Shown here piece by piece: positions 25,930-39,250 of a stretch of DNA of 64,000 bases (within the stretch, counting starts at the first letter, position 1; each line of letters opens with the position of its first letter). Location: NCBI GenBank assembly GCA_964016885.1, contig OZ024742.1, positions 273,668,001-273,732,000 of the forward strand. The letters are read 5' to 3'. The stretch comes from Eledone cirrhosa (Eukaryota). A program made the translations under genes and the position numbers. The notes beneath the pieces are model-generated. The model was not told the DNA's origin, did no database searches, and saw only the letters and a list, made by a program, of their open reading frames with translations.

Positions 25930-27400
25930 TTATCAATTTGGTCATTTTTTGTTCTTGATTTATTCTGCTTCCAGAACACCCAAATATCTGTATCCCTCTA
26001 TAGTTTCGACATCCTTTATCATCTCACCTGTTGGTACCTGTATTCCGTTGTTTCTGTTCAATTTACCCCTCGTCATATCTGGGACTCAAGACCAAATTCC
26101 ATACATGTATCATTGCTGAAAATATGGACAGTGTTAACAAGTAGTTCTTGCATTACCCAATGAGTTTTAGATGGTCCATGAAGAGGGGGCGTTTGAAGGT
26201 AAGGTCTCACTTCCCAGTTTATATCCTGCTTTCACTTTTCGCTATACGAGGGACATGTGTATGAGGGTAAGGACAAATAACAAACGGGACAAACTATCTC
26301 CTTGGAAGTTACTTCTATTGATCTTCCCTGTTTCCAAGGATTCTCCCAGGACTTCGTAATATTATTTAATAGCTTTCTCATCTCCCAGGACTTCATAATA
26401 TTATTTAATATCTTTCTAGGGGCGGTGAATTGGCAGTATCGATAGAGAGTCGGACACCATGCTTTCCAGCATAGTTACGTCTCTTTACTGTCTGAGTTCA
26501 AATCCCGTCGAGGTTAACTTTGCCTATCATCCTTACGGGGTCGATAAAATAAAGTACCAGTAATGTACTGGGCAATTGCTGGCCTTGTGTCAAAAGTAGA
26601 AATAATTATTTAATAGCTTTCTGATCTCAGGCACTATGAATATCTGAGTGCTTTTGGTTATCCAAGAATGAAGAACCCTGTTGAATTCCCTCTTGTAGTC
26701 TATCCATCCCATGGTAAGACCATATGCCTCCTCTTGCAACTCCTTATTACCATCTGATCAATAAGTAACTGGTCTTTTGTACCACCGGACTTATTTCGTT
26801 ATCCTTTCTGTTCGTCCAGCAACATGTCGTTTTTGTAGAGGTGACAGTAGATTTTCTCAGACACAATGCTTGTTAACAGTCTCCACATTATGAACAGGCA
26901 TGTGATAGGCCTATATTTTGTAAACTCATTACCCTTGATTCGGTCTTTCATTGTCAGAACTGTGGTACCATTTATCAACCACGTTGGGACTTCATCCGAC
27001 TCCAAACAGTCACTGCACATGGCTGTCAGTTTTAGGTGGAGTTATATTTTTTGTTAAATATCCTTGCATACCATCTGGGCCTGGTTATTTCCAGTTGGAT
27101 AGTTTATTGGCCTGCATTTTAGATGTTAAACCGTGATGCTCAAACTAAGTTGTTATTGTGCTTGTTCTCTAATCTCCTTTTTAACTGTATCAATCCACCG
27201 TGCCTGACTATTATGTTCAATATTCTCATCCATATTACTTTCAAAAATGCCTTAGTTTGTTCAGCTTCTGGTATCACGTCCTTACCTCTTTCTATCCCTT
27301 CAAACTGTTCAAACAAATCTTCTGGTTATTGTCAAACATGCGGTTCTGTCTATGCTGACTAACTCTGTTCTCATATCGTTTACTGTTTGTACTTTTTCCA
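25930..27400 (-). pseudogene. Decayed R4/Dong-like LINE RT, interrupted by a SINE
   Basis: PTWLINGTTVL..YRPITCLFIMWRLLTSIVSEKIY..EQKG, GTKDQLLID, FQGDSLSRLLF, YLGVLE. Confidence 0.8.
26418..26604 (+). mobile_element. tRNA-derived SINE (Octopus-type, with Nin/Deu-like central domain)
   Basis: A-box-like TGGCAGTATCG, B-box GAGTTCAAATCC, central CATCCTTACGGGGTCGATAAAATAAAGTACCAG. ~18-bp TSD ATTATTTAATA(T/G)CTTTCT. Confidence 0.85.
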
Positions 27401-28350
27401 AAATTCATTGCTTGATTTCCTCTGTGATAAAATTTAGCACTTTTATCTTAGTGTTTTTGTTTTTTTTCAATCCATCAATGGTCACTATGTTATGTAATGC
27501 CACCTTTAGTAAACACTCCAGCATTCCAATGTCTTCTCATTTGCTTGATTTAAGCTTTCAGTTGCTTCTTTCACCAAGACTCTGTGCTTCTTTGTTTGTT
27601 GTTTCCTCTCATGTTTATACCAAGCAATTTGATCAACACATTTTCGGTTGCTTTGATGATGTTGTTGCAATGCGAGTTCGAGATAAAATCTAAAGGCATG
27701 GAAGTGCTGTCAATTGGGCTTATCCGAGATGCACGCTGGTTGACGAAACTGCTCTTCAGGCACTCGTTGAGTGTTTGAGTTTTGCTGACCTGTGGGTTTA
27801 TGTGGAGCACCTGCTGTCACCTGTGTGACGAATTCGACTATCAAATATATCTATTGTGAAGATCATCCCACCATCCTCCTTTAGAGGTGGAGGATAGGCA
27901 GTTATTATCAGCTTGGAGGCCATGGCACAATGACGTGTGGTGGACGCGTTTGAAAGGGTTGAAAAAAAAATCATTTTGCGGAAAGAAGTGCTGCCTTCCA
28001 ACCAATTTGTTGAAAGGTAGTTGAGAGTGGCGAGCATTGCCCGTGTGAATGGTCCTGCCTTTAGCATACACCTGTAGATTGGGGTAGACAGACTGGGAGA
28101 GGGACTTTGCCCTTGCGGAAAGGTTGACCGTGGCTTTTGCGGGATTTTTACACGAGTGATACTTAGAGGCTCCTCAACTTTGGTGAAGGTGTTATGTTTC
28201 TTTTAAATGCTTATTTTCTAAATCTCTTTTATGAATTTTTCTTCACACAAAGAAAAACGTACACTATATCGTCCTGTATTGTATGTAATACTTGCTTAAT
28301 GCGAGCCCCGCGGGGCTAATAAAAAAATCATTATTAATATGCTCCAGTAT

Positions 28351-28475
28351 GTTTTCAGTTCAAAACCGCCGATGTTGTGTTGGCCTTTCAGCCTTACGAG
28401 GTCAATAAAAGAAAGCACCAGTAATGTATCAGGGGGATTCTTGGCCTTGTGCCAAATGTAAAAACAATTATTTGT
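28351..28475 (+). mobile_element. Old, truncated copy of the same SINE
   Basis: CAGTTCAAAACCGCC..GCCTTTCAGCCTTACGAGGTCAATAAAAGAAAGCACCAGTAATGTA..GGCCTTGTGCCAAA. Confidence 0.7.
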
Positions 28476-29836
28476 TGAATAGGCTTGATTCACGTCTTTG
28501 ATACGAATCAAATATTTAACTAAAAGCCACTAATCTCTGGTGTAGTGACACTGGTTAATTATTAACTGCAACTTCAAAATAATATAAAAAAAATATTAAT
28601 GTAACCTTTATTAGTCTGGTTTAGTTTACTTGTTAAAAGAGATGATATCCGATATAAATCGAATGGAAAGAAGATGGCTTATTGAAATATGCTGAAATTA
28701 TAGGAGAAGTAATATTTGACTCATTTCCTCTTCTTTCTTCTTTCTGTAAAATTGTTTCTCATATATATATGTCTATATATATGTACCAGATGTTATTAGT
28801 AATAGAGTATTCCTCTCTGTCTAAATGATTTCCAAGTAGAAATATTGTCAAATTTAGTTGACAATCAATACATTATATGATAAAATCCCTATTCAATTTG
28901 TTGAGTTTAAGTGTTAATCGTATACGAATATATAGTATTACAATTATATTAGCGTTTCTAGTACCGCTGCATATTGCTTGGATAGACTTCGTTATGTACA
29001 ACTTACTATTTCTGCCAGGTATGATTTAGGTATATAACATTCCGATACTGCTAAAGCATTTTTTTTTTGTCGCCGTCCTCGTCGTGACCGATTTCATTAC
29101 CAGTTTTGTTATTGCTGTTGTCACGGCTGCTTGGTTATCTGGTGGATATTGGCTTTAACAAAGGTATTGTTATCACTGCTATAACAACGGCCAATGTAGG
29201 TGATGTGTTTTTGTTGTTGTTGCTGTTGCGGTTGTCTTGAATCTAGCTGTCATCACAAACTTTATATCACACTTCATCAGAATTTCTTTATTACTTCCAC
29301 TATCTGTTGAAATCTAGCGACGCATAGACTATTGCCTGGTGCAGGTCACCACAATACAGTTGAAGAGTTATCCTTTTGGTAATTTAGAACCCTGTGAGGG
29401 GGGGGGGGGTATATGAGTCCAGATTCACTGATTGACACATTGATAGTGCCTAGCCCCACAAATTGTAAAGACAACGACTGGGAAAGACTCTTTCAGAACT
29501 TACATGTCAACCGGCCGCACGAACAGGAGGACGAGGTTTTTTTTGTCTTTGTTTATTTATTTATTTTTTTTGCCTGCGGCATATCACAAAATCGGTTTTC
29601 CATCTGAGGATGCCGTTCTCATAACAACAAATGCATGAATTACATCTTGGATTGCATAAGGGATCCATTGAAATAATTATTATGAACAAACAATTCATGT
29701 AACATCAGCATCTTTCTTAATGTTATTGTTATACTGAATATCCATCGTATCTACCAACTACGAATGTAGAGATCATTCTCCTGCTTGCTCCTCTTTTTAC
29801 CAAAAGAATATCTACGGAGCAAACACAAACACTGAG

Positions 29837-29867
<31 letters not shown>

Positions 29868-30271
29868 AACACACACAAACACACACATATATATATGTAT
29901 ATCCTCAGTTATTTGACCACAAGACTTAAGTCTAATCGGTTCGTTGTAACTTATTCTATTTTTTCCTCGGTTACTCACTTCCATGTGCCATTGTCATGGG
30001 TCCCGCCTCCATTCGGTTTGTTTACTTCGTCTTTTCCTCTATCTTTTTTCCTCTTTCTTCCTCTCTCTTCACTAATTTTTCTTTTCTTTCCTTCGTGGCT
30101 TTTTGATCGATAAAAAGTTTTGGCCGCGCTGCTGATGAATTTCGATGTCCTGTTTTAAGCGCCGAAACATCTATCAGTTAACAGATGATGAACGGTTTCG
30201 TATCTTGTTTACGCCAATATAACTAGCTTAAACTTTGTTTACAGTAACAATATAGCCCGCTACGTTTCTTG

Positions 30272-30328
<57 letters not shown>

Positions 30329-30372
30329 CTAATTCCTACCCGCCGAAATGCAATTCTCGCTAAATTCATATT

Positions 30373-30421
<49 letters not shown>

Positions 30422-30578
30422 ATACTTTGGGAGGGTCATGTTGCCAATAAGAAACACACGCACCCTTGCTTTCACTTCAATTTATTATATATTTATAAAT
30501 TTATAAATTTACAAATCTACAAACTTATAAATTTCTGGTTGGTTGGTTGGTTCCACAACCAGATAGTTGTTTATATAT

Positions 30579-30624
30579 AGTCATAGTCCTTTCGTCACAC
30601 ACTTCTGTGACCTCTTCAGTGACT
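30579..30624 (-). ncRNA. Minimal hammerhead, inverted copy
   Basis: AGUCA-CUGAAGA-G GUCAC AGAAGUGU GUGAC-GAAA-GGAC-UA-UGACU. Confidence 0.8.
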
Positions 30625-31430
30625 GGGGATTCCTTTCTTTGTTTCTGTGCCTTTCCTTTCTTCTGTCCTACGCCATTTTGTTTCTGTGTGTGTGTTGTGT
30701 GTTCAGTTTGCGCATGCGCCACATCCGGGTGTCTGTGTGTGTTTGTGTTCATTTATCTATTTGTTTGTTTATTTATTTATTTATTGTTGGTTGGTTGTTT
30801 GTTCTATGTGTGTGTGTGTTTTCATTTTGTCCTTAATTGTAAGTTGTGATGTTGCTGTTCCACTCATATTTTCTATTTAATTTTGGTTGTAATTCTTTTA
30901 TGCTTACTGCCTCTGTAATTTGCCTAAACATTGCATCTTTTCTGTGTGTGGATTCTATTTTTATTTCTATGTTCTCTAATTTACCCCTGTGTTCTATCTT
31001 AGCATGTTGGTAGAGCACGGATGATTCTTTATTATCTTGAAGGTCTCGCCAGTGTTCATTTATTCGTTCCCCTATACTACGAGCTGTCTCACCTATGTAC
31101 ACTATATTTTTGTTTCTACATTGTCCTTCAGTACATCTTATGCTATACACTACATTTCTAGTTTTACAGTTAATATGGGGGCTTATTTTACAGGTTATAC
31201 ATTTCTTATCTATACATGAGGGTCTTTGGAACGGGTATGTCTTGCTAATAAGTGTTTTTACGGAGGTACCTGGTCTTTGTACTATCTTAATATCAACATG
31301 GCCGACACCTCATTATCAGAAGAGTTCAACAACAAAAACACCAACATTTATGGGAACGCAAAAATAGATAATGATGAAATGTCTGTGTTATGTCTGCCGC
31401 CCAAGTAATGCGACATTCAAGTAGGTAAAT

Positions 31431-34400
31431 ATGATTAGTTGTCTGTCAGAAATAGAAAAATCATTTACAAAACTACGCTGGAGCATCAAAAACAAAAGCA
31501 ACAATATACGCACACACATATACAACACACATCCCAATAACAACAGACACACAGACACAAACAACAATAACAACAACACACCCATCAACAACAACAACAA
31601 TAGCAACATACCCAGAAACAACAACAACAGACACGCAGACACAAACAACAATAACAACACACACAACGATAACACACACGGAGACAACAACAACACACGT
31701 CAACAACAGCACACATCAACAACAACAATACACACGCATTTAATGCCTCTCACCACCAATACAATCTTAACAAACATACAGACACAGAAAACATGTAATG
31801 ACAGTAGCACAGAAATCAGAGAAATAAGGGAAAGTAATAAGATTAAAAGGAAAAGGAGATGGGAGACTAAGGACAAAGAGAATAACCAAGAGGAACACAC
31901 AGACACACAAAATAGGGTAGATAACAACATTGAGCCAGTGGAAAGAGACAGGAGTAATTATGAGAGACATAGAAACAACCATGAGGCTGTCGGGGGAAAT
32001 AGAAATAGAAACAACACAACTAACAATAACAATAGCACTAGTACACATAAAGCAGCAGCCTGGAACTCTCCGTTTTATAATCCCTCCGATAAATCATTCG
32101 ACCTGCGCCGAGTCCACGCCACGACTTTACCATTTAACAAACGCACGCAGTTGCCGTCGCAGGTCGATGAACAAACAGAAGCACAATTTAGTATAGCTAA
32201 ATCCGAACTTAGAAATATTATAGAACAGTATAGCAAGAAGCATAATAGAATAGAGGCCCAGCAACTGGGAGAAAAATCTGCAAATGGCTTGCGTAAGCTC
32301 ATGCAGCGCTCACGTAATGGAGAGATAGCATGCTTTCCAACAGACAAGTCTGGCAGAATGTCGGTTGACAGCCTGCCAAACTACATCCAGGCAATGCAAC
32401 CCCACATCACTAACACAAGAGAGGTAACACCACAGGAGCATGAGGATAGAGAAAAAGCCCTCAATGCCCATATGGTGATGTGGACGAATATAATGCAGCC
32501 CAACAAAAGGACTGCCAACAACTTCCAGGCCTGGAACAATGACGTGCCGGCGTTGTATGGGCTTCGAAAAGACCATAAAACGGGCTGTCACCTTGTCGCG
32601 GGACCACCAACACGGCCAGTCTGTGGAGCTAACATTGCTAGTAACTACATACTGTCCTACTTCCTCTCCCTCATCATACGCCCCAACATTGAGTTGTCTC
32701 CAGATGTATGTGACAGCACGGAGGACCTCCTCAGCACAATCGGCGCGAGTAACCGATCTGGGGACCTAACAAACTGCATAATAGGCAGTATGGATGTTGT
32801 GTCCCTGTATCCATCTATTGACGTGGATTTTGCTGTGGAGAAATGCGTAGAAATGATCAGCGAGAGCAAGGTTGAGTTCCGTGGGATTGATACCAGTGAG
32901 CTGGGACTTCTACTTAAGCTTACCCATAGTAATAGTTACCTAGACACTTATGACCTTAGCAACCTGTGCCCTACAAGACCAGCAAGAGGCAGACCACCTA
33001 CCATTACCTCAATGGCCAAGAAAACCCACACAGATAGATGGAACGGGTGGACCAGAGCCATACGGACACCCGAAAACCACGATGAACTGAAGAAAATGAT
33101 TGCACATGCGGTAGGGGCCAGCATAAAATTAACCCTTAAGGAACATATGTTCAAATTTAATGGTAAAACATATGCCCAAGAGGAAGGAGCAGCCATTGGT
33201 GTTAGCATTGCAGGCGACATAGCTAACTTATTCATGGTATGGTGGGACAGTAGACTTAAACAAAAACTTAAAGAACAATTAGAAGACAGCTTAACCCTGA
33301 TAATGTACTCCCACTACGTAGATGATATAAACATCGTAGTTAAGACACCCCCACTAAAGAACAGTCAGGAACTAGAGAAAAACACAATGGAAAGCATCCA
33401 GCAAATAGCAAACTCCATCCACCAGAGCATTAGAGTTACTATAGACTCCCCAAGTAGACACCCCAACCATCGATTACCTGTACTAGACACAGAGCTCTGG
33501 TTAGATACCATTAACAACCAAAATCAAATCCTCCATTCCCATTATGCCAAACCCATGACTTCCAAACATCTGATCCACCGAAACTCGGCCATTTCGGACC
33601 ATACCAAAATCAACATACTGATTGCGGATTTGGTACGGGTGATGAGAAATGTGTCCCGCATGTGCAACCCCGAAGAACTAGAGAAACACATACAACACTT
33701 CATCCACCGTATGCAGTTCTCTGGCTACAATCGGAGAGATAGAATCAGAGTGTATAGAGGAGCCAGAACCAAATGGGAAAAAATGGTAAATAATGACATA
33801 AATGGGACCTGCCCCTTGTATAGGAGCAAATTTTGGAATAGAATAGAAAGAACTAGGAACAAGGCCAATAGAATAAACTCATGGTATGATAGGAATAAAT
33901 ACCAGAGTGTAATGTTCATCAATACAACCCCTAGAAGCGAACTAGCCTACAAATTTAGAAGGGCCCTAAATAAACATAAACTCAATATTAAGATAGTAGA
34001 AAGACCAGGTACCTCCGTAAAAACACTTATTAGCAAGACATACCCGTTCCAAAGACCCTCATGTATAGATAAGAAATGTATAACCTGTAAAATAAGCCCC
34101 CATATTAACTGTAAAACTAGAAATGTAGTGTATAACATAAGATGTACTGAAGGACAATGTAGAAACAAAAATATAGTGTACATAGGTGAGACAGCTCGTA
34201 GTATAGGGGAACGAATAAATGAACACTGGCGAGACCTTCAAGATAATAAAGAATCATCTGTGCTCTACCAACATGCTAAGATAGAACACAGGGGTAAATT
34301 AGAGAACATAGAAATAAAAATAGAATCCACACACAGAAAAGATGCAATGTTTAGGCAAATTACAGAGGCAGTAAGCATAAAAGAATTACAACCAAAATTA

Positions 34401-34445
34401 AATAGAAAATATGAGTGGAACAGCAACATCACAACTTACAATTAA
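31431..34445 (+). CDS. PLE polyprotein, 1004 aa: RT, Cys linker and GIY-YIG endonuclease (N-terminus damaged)
   Basis: PTDKSGR, LYGLRKDHK, SMDVVSLYPSI, GAAIG, YVDD, CxxxxCxxC, NVVY..YIGETARSIGERINEH, EAVSI..PKLNRK. The upstream frame (LCLPPK) is separated by a +1 insertion and a TAG at ~31405-31425. Confidence 0.93.
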   Translation: MISCLSEIEKSFTKLRWSIKNKSNNIRTHIYNTHPNNNRHTDTNNNNNNTPINNNNNSNIPRNNNNRHADTNNNNNTHNDNTHGDNNNTRQQQHTSTTTIHTHLMPLTTNTILTNIQTQKTCNDSSTEIREIRESNKIKRKRRWETKDKENNQEEHTDTQNRVDNNIEPVERDRSNYERHRNNHEAVGGNRNRNNTTNNNNSTSTHKAAAWNSPFYNPSDKSFDLRRVHATTLPFNKRTQLPSQVDEQTEAQFSIAKSELRNIIEQYSKKHNRIEAQQLGEKSANGLRKLMQRSRNGEIACFPTDKSGRMSVDSLPNYIQAMQPHITNTREVTPQEHEDREKALNAHMVMWTNIMQPNKRTANNFQAWNNDVPALYGLRKDHKTGCHLVAGPPTRPVCGANIASNYILSYFLSLIIRPNIELSPDVCDSTEDLLSTIGASNRSGDLTNCIIGSMDVVSLYPSIDVDFAVEKCVEMISESKVEFRGIDTSELGLLLKLTHSNSYLDTYDLSNLCPTRPARGRPPTITSMAKKTHTDRWNGWTRAIRTPENHDELKKMIAHAVGASIKLTLKEHMFKFNGKTYAQEEGAAIGVSIAGDIANLFMVWWDSRLKQKLKEQLEDSLTLIMYSHYVDDINIVVKTPPLKNSQELEKNTMESIQQIANSIHQSIRVTIDSPSRHPNHRLPVLDTELWLDTINNQNQILHSHYAKPMTSKHLIHRNSAISDHTKINILIADLVRVMRNVSRMCNPEELEKHIQHFIHRMQFSGYNRRDRIRVYRGARTKWEKMVNNDINGTCPLYRSKFWNRIERTRNKANRINSWYDRNKYQSVMFINTTPRSELAYKFRRALNKHKLNIKIVERPGTSVKTLISKTYPFQRPSCIDKKCITCKISPHINCKTRNVVYNIRCTEGQCRNKNIVYIGETARSIGERINEHWRDLQDNKESSVLYQHAKIEHRGKLENIEIKIESTHRKDAMFRQITEAVSIKELQPKLNRKYEWNSNITTYN

Positions 34446-34651
34446 GGACAAAGTGAAAACACACACACATAGAACAAACAACCAACCAACAATAAATAAA
34501 TAAATAAATAAACAAATAGATAAATGAACACAAACACACACAGACACCCGGATGTGGCGCATGCGCAAACTGAGCACACAACACACACACAGAAACAAAA
34601 TGGCGTAGGACAGAAGAAAGGAAAGGCACAGAAACAAAGAAAGGAATCCCC

Positions 34652-34696
34652 AGTCACTGAAGAGGTCACAGAGTGTGTGACGAAAGGACTATGACT
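34652..34696 (+). ncRNA. Minimal type I hammerhead in the PLE 3' repeat
   Basis: AGUCA-CUGAAGA-G GUCAC AGAGUGU GUGAC-GAAA-GGAC-UA-UGACU. Predicted cleavage after A34691. Confidence 0.82.
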
Positions 34697-34891
34697 ATAT
34701 ATAAACAACTATCTGGTTGTGGAACCAACCAACCAACCAGAAATTTATAAGTTTGTAGATTTGTAAATTTATAAATTTATAAATATATAATAAATTGAAG
34801 TGAAAGCAACTGGTGCGTGTGTAAAGTATAACAATATCGGTTTCAACACACGATTTCAGATAAAGAATCTTGCTAAACAAATTCAGAAACG

Positions 34892-34964
<73 letters not shown>

Positions 34965-34981
34965 TGTGTGTGTGTGTATGC

Positions 34982-35050
<69 letters not shown>

Positions 35051-35089
35051 ATATTAAATAAATGGAAACTATATTTATAAAACCATATT

Positions 35090-35155
35090 TATTTCATTAT
35101 ATATATTTCAGGGATATCATATTAACAATATGTTATGCCTTCTTCAGACAAAATA
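35090..35155 (-). ncRNA. Type I hammerhead with AUAUAUAU stem III
   Basis: Reverse complement of 37744-37809. Confidence 0.82.
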
Positions 35156-37047
35156 CAATATAGACAGTTTTATAGATAAATAGATTTGACATATAACATT
35201 AAATCTCAACACATGTCTTCACTATCCATTTCACAAGTTGAATGAAAACTTAAACTATGTCAGCTTTAACTCTAACCACCCCAGATCGGTCAAAAACACT
35301 ATAGTAAACTATGTTCAAAAACGTATCTCTAGAATCTCGTCTAATAGAAAGATTTTCGACGAAAAAGCCCAGTACTACAATGAAGCGTTAGCTAGAGCAG
35401 GATATAGTGATAAGATTATGTACATAGATAATGATAGACAAACTAAACAAAATAACAACTATTTTAATTACAGCCACAACCTTAACAACTATAATAGAAA
35501 GCATTACAATAATTCCAAAAGCCAAAAAAGAAATAGAACTAGGAACATAATATGGTTTGCCCCCCTTTTCTCACTAAACATTAAAACCCACATCGCTAAA
35601 CTATTTTTTAAAGCTCTTGATAATCGCTTCCCTAGAACACATAGGTATCACTCAATTTTCAATAGACATACTATAAAATTAACCTACTCATCCACCAAAA
35701 ATTTAGCACAAAATATTAATAGAATAAATAATAGGAACTTAAAACCTAGCGATAATAGCATAAATAATATACAAGTTAACAAATGTAACTGTAGAGATAG
35801 ATCTAAATGTCCGTTAAATAACAACTGCTTAGTTAAAAATATAATATACAACTGTAATATTAAAACGGACTCTAATTCTTTTAACTACGTCGGTTCCACA
35901 TCGACGGAATTTAAAGAATTCTTTCACAGATCCAAGCAAAAAATCTTCAACAGCACTATCAGGCGTACTCTGGCAACTTAGGCAAGATAACGTTAGATAT
36001 TCGACGGCTTGGAATATAGTCTCTAGAGGGATTCCTTTTAATTCATCCTCTGAGACATGTGACCTCTGCGCGGAGGAGATATTCTTTATACTAAAATCTA
36101 AAAATTCCCTTAATCTACGGACAAATTTATTCAGTTGCTGCAAACATAGATTGAACTCAACTTTTAAATATAAATTTAAATTTAAAATGTAGTATATTTA
36201 GTTTGATTTGTAATTATTTGGGAAACTAGCCGATAAATCTTTCGATTTCTTCTTTTTATTCTTCTTTTTATTTTTATTTTTATTTTAAACATCCTTCATG
36301 AAAAATTAAACTACCCTAAAAGTTGATGTTCCAAATATATCGAATAAACGTTACACTAGATAAACTTCTATATTAAATATAAGAACATATGTAGACCAAA
36401 TGGGCATCCTAAACTTTTGAAATGATTTCTGCTAGACGCGATTTGGTAAATAATTTTTAGCTTTATCTGTTTTCGACTCTGATGCTTATAATGAACTTGG
36501 CAATATATTGTCAATTAATTTTGAAGGATTGATCTTTGTGGTCGATTTGCGTGGCATATTATGTTTTTATTTTTACTATTTTAATATATTTTAATATTTT
36601 TTAATATTTTTAATATTTTTATTTTTAATATGTAATATTTTTTAGTTTTCTATTTTATTTATTTGTTTATTATTTTTTATTATTATTATTATTATTATTA
36701 TTTTTTGTTTTTGTTTCTGATATTTTTATTAATATATTGAAATCTGTTCTCTATTTCTGCTTGATAGATAATCATGTAGAGTAAAGACAAGAATAGTATT
36801 GTTAAAATTAATATAGACTCTATATATATGTGTATATATACACATATATGTATACTTAAATTTTTATAGCACAATGAGAATGTTCTCCGTGTGAAATAGG
36901 GGTTTGCAGAGTTGATCACGTAAATTCACATCGATGTTTGTAGTTATCATATAAACATATGAATTTTTAAAACTAGACATAAGATCATTACTTTTCACAC
37001 ATTATAGATACGTGTCTCATTCAAGAATACTGATATTTACATTATAG

Positions 37048-37234
37048 TTGTTTCTACTTTTGGCACAATGCCAGCAATTACCCAGTACATTACTGGTACT
37101 TTATTTTATCGACCCCGTAAGGATGAAAGGCAAAGTTAACCTCGACAGGATTTGAACTCAGACCGTAAAGGGACGTAACTATGCTGGAAAGCATGGCGTC
37201 AAACCCTCTACCGATACTGCCAATTCACCGCCCT
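37048..37234 (-). mobile_element. tRNA-derived SINE inserted in the PLE 3' UTR
   Basis: Reverse complement closely matches 26418-26604. Possible TSD TATAGT. Confidence 0.85.
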
Positions 37235-37743
37235 ATAGTGCCTGGTTTTTATACGAACTAATATTTCTACATTAAAACATAGGGTTTTTAAATTCTGCCT
37301 CGCCTATGTCTGGTTACTTTTCATTTTTCTCTCTATATAACGGCTGGTTTCTTTCCTAACCACATATATCTCCCTTACATTAATACTAGAGCTAAATAAA
37401 TAAATAAATAAATAAATAAATGTATCATTGATACGTCATTCAACGGATGTTCAACTACCTACTTTTCTCTCTATATATCTATCTCTATCTATTTCCTCTC
37501 TCTATATATCTCTCTCTGTTTCTTTACATGAAGTTCTTCTCTTTATCTATCTTTCCATCTCTCTATTTTGTTGCATGCATTTCTTCTTTTTTCTTCTTTT
37601 TCTTCGTTTTCTTTCTTTCTTTCCTTCTTTCTTTCTTTCTTTCTTTCTGTTTACAATTTTTCACTGCCAAATCAACTTTTTCAAATACAAGTCGATGTTG
37701 AACGGTATGTCAAATCTATTTATCTATAAAACTGTCTATATTG

Positions 37744-37809
37744 TATTTTGTCTGAAGAAGGCATAACATATTGTTAATATGATATCCCTGAAATATATAT
37801 AATGAAATA
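37744..37809 (+). ncRNA. Type I hammerhead with AUAUAUAU stem III
   Basis: UAUUUUGU-CUGAAGA-AGGCAUAACAUAUU GUU AAUAUGAUAUCCCU-GAAA-UAUAUA-UA-AUGAAAUA. Confidence 0.82.
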
Positions 37810-38493
37810 AATATGGTTTTATAAATATAGTTTCCATTTATTTAATATCGTAAATATACTCCAAATACTTGTTGAGTGCTTTTATATCAGTTATAAATAT
37901 TTACTAGTTGTAACCCAACAATTTAAATATAACTTTCCATATATATGCATTAAAATGTACCTTCGGCATTGTTGTATACAAACATGTATATCAATTTCGT
38001 ATATCTAAAGGTATACGGTATGTTTTTTAATTAAACATTTTGAAAGCCAAGCTATGAATCGAAAGGTTGAAGGCCAGAGCCATCTGGCAGATACTAGCAG
38101 AAGAATTGGAGGATAACTGTCTATCTACTTCGAGCTCAGGCCCTTATGAGGACAGTGTTTCTCCTTTGCACTGTCGTGGAACTTGAAGCAAGCGTAAATA
38201 TGGGTTTTTCACCTATGAATTGGGATGATTAGCCATATCTGTATACGAAGGTCCGAATATTTTCACCTGTGTCGAGTTCCAGCAGAGGGCAAGGGTAAGC
38301 ACTCTCCAGATGAGAGACAGACCTTGAAATTCATAGCTTGACTTCCAAATGTATTTTCGTTAAACAAACCCTATATCTTTAGATACACGAAATTCACACA
38401 CAAAACCACGCACACACACACACACACACACAGGCACACACACACGCTCACACAGACGCACACACAGACGCACACACACACGCACACGCACAC

Positions 38494-38573
<80 letters not shown>

Positions 38574-39064
38574 TTATATATATATATGTGTGTGTGTGTA
38601 TGTATGTGTGTGTCTGTGTGCGTGTGTCTGTAAATGAAAGCACGATCTTCATGTGCAGATCTCAATGTTATATTTTTATCTGAATATTCATTTTCAAGTT
38701 TTCATATTCATGTATCCCCCTCAATGTAATTCATGAAATGTCATGTGAAATTAACATTTTAAGATTTCTGTTCGATTTACATTTATATTATTTTCATATC
38801 AGTTATTATTTTTCTCCGATCTTCCATTTTTTAAATATTTATCGTAACATGTATTTTCAGGTTTCAGTTAAATAGCTGTTCAATTTCTTAAAACATTTCC
38901 TGAGCTTCTAAATACTAATCACTTGTACATCCGTTATTTTTACATCTGTAACCTTTTCTCTAGAGTCAATTTAGATAAAACTTTCTATGAACAACATTTA
39001 CACGTATATAACAGACACAACCATTTGCAGAAATATATTCACACACTCATACATATACATACGC

Positions 39065-39174
<110 letters not shown>

Positions 39175-39217
39175 TGTGTGCTGTCATATGTATGTATGAA
39201 TGCATAAATCATGTATA

Positions 39218-39250
<33 letters not shown>

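Larger units (their letters stand above)
30415..34837 (+). mobile_element. Young Penelope-like element with an inverted copy of its own 3' end upstream (30415-31293 mirrors 33984-34837)
   Basis: ~0.87-kb near-identical inverted repeats, (TA)n on both sides, a long RT-EN ORF and an HHR in each repeat. Confidence 0.95.
35049..37850 (+). mobile_element. 5'-truncated PLE with long 3' UTR and 145-bp terminal inverted repeats (35049-35193 / 37706-37850)
   Basis: ORF 35238-35981 (SNHP, IIWFAP, CNCR..CPL..CL, IIY..YVG) and a frameshifted C-terminus to ~36190. Each repeat carries an HHR. Confidence 0.9.

Noticed and set aside
30123-30196. Hammerhead-like CUGAUGA..GAAA CAUCU..AGAUG
   Set aside because: Stems I and II do not pair convincingly and U16.1 is absent. 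At best it is a relic.
30833-31150. Stand-alone GIY-YIG nuclease gene
   Set aside because: It is part of the inverted copy of the adjacent PLE 3' end.
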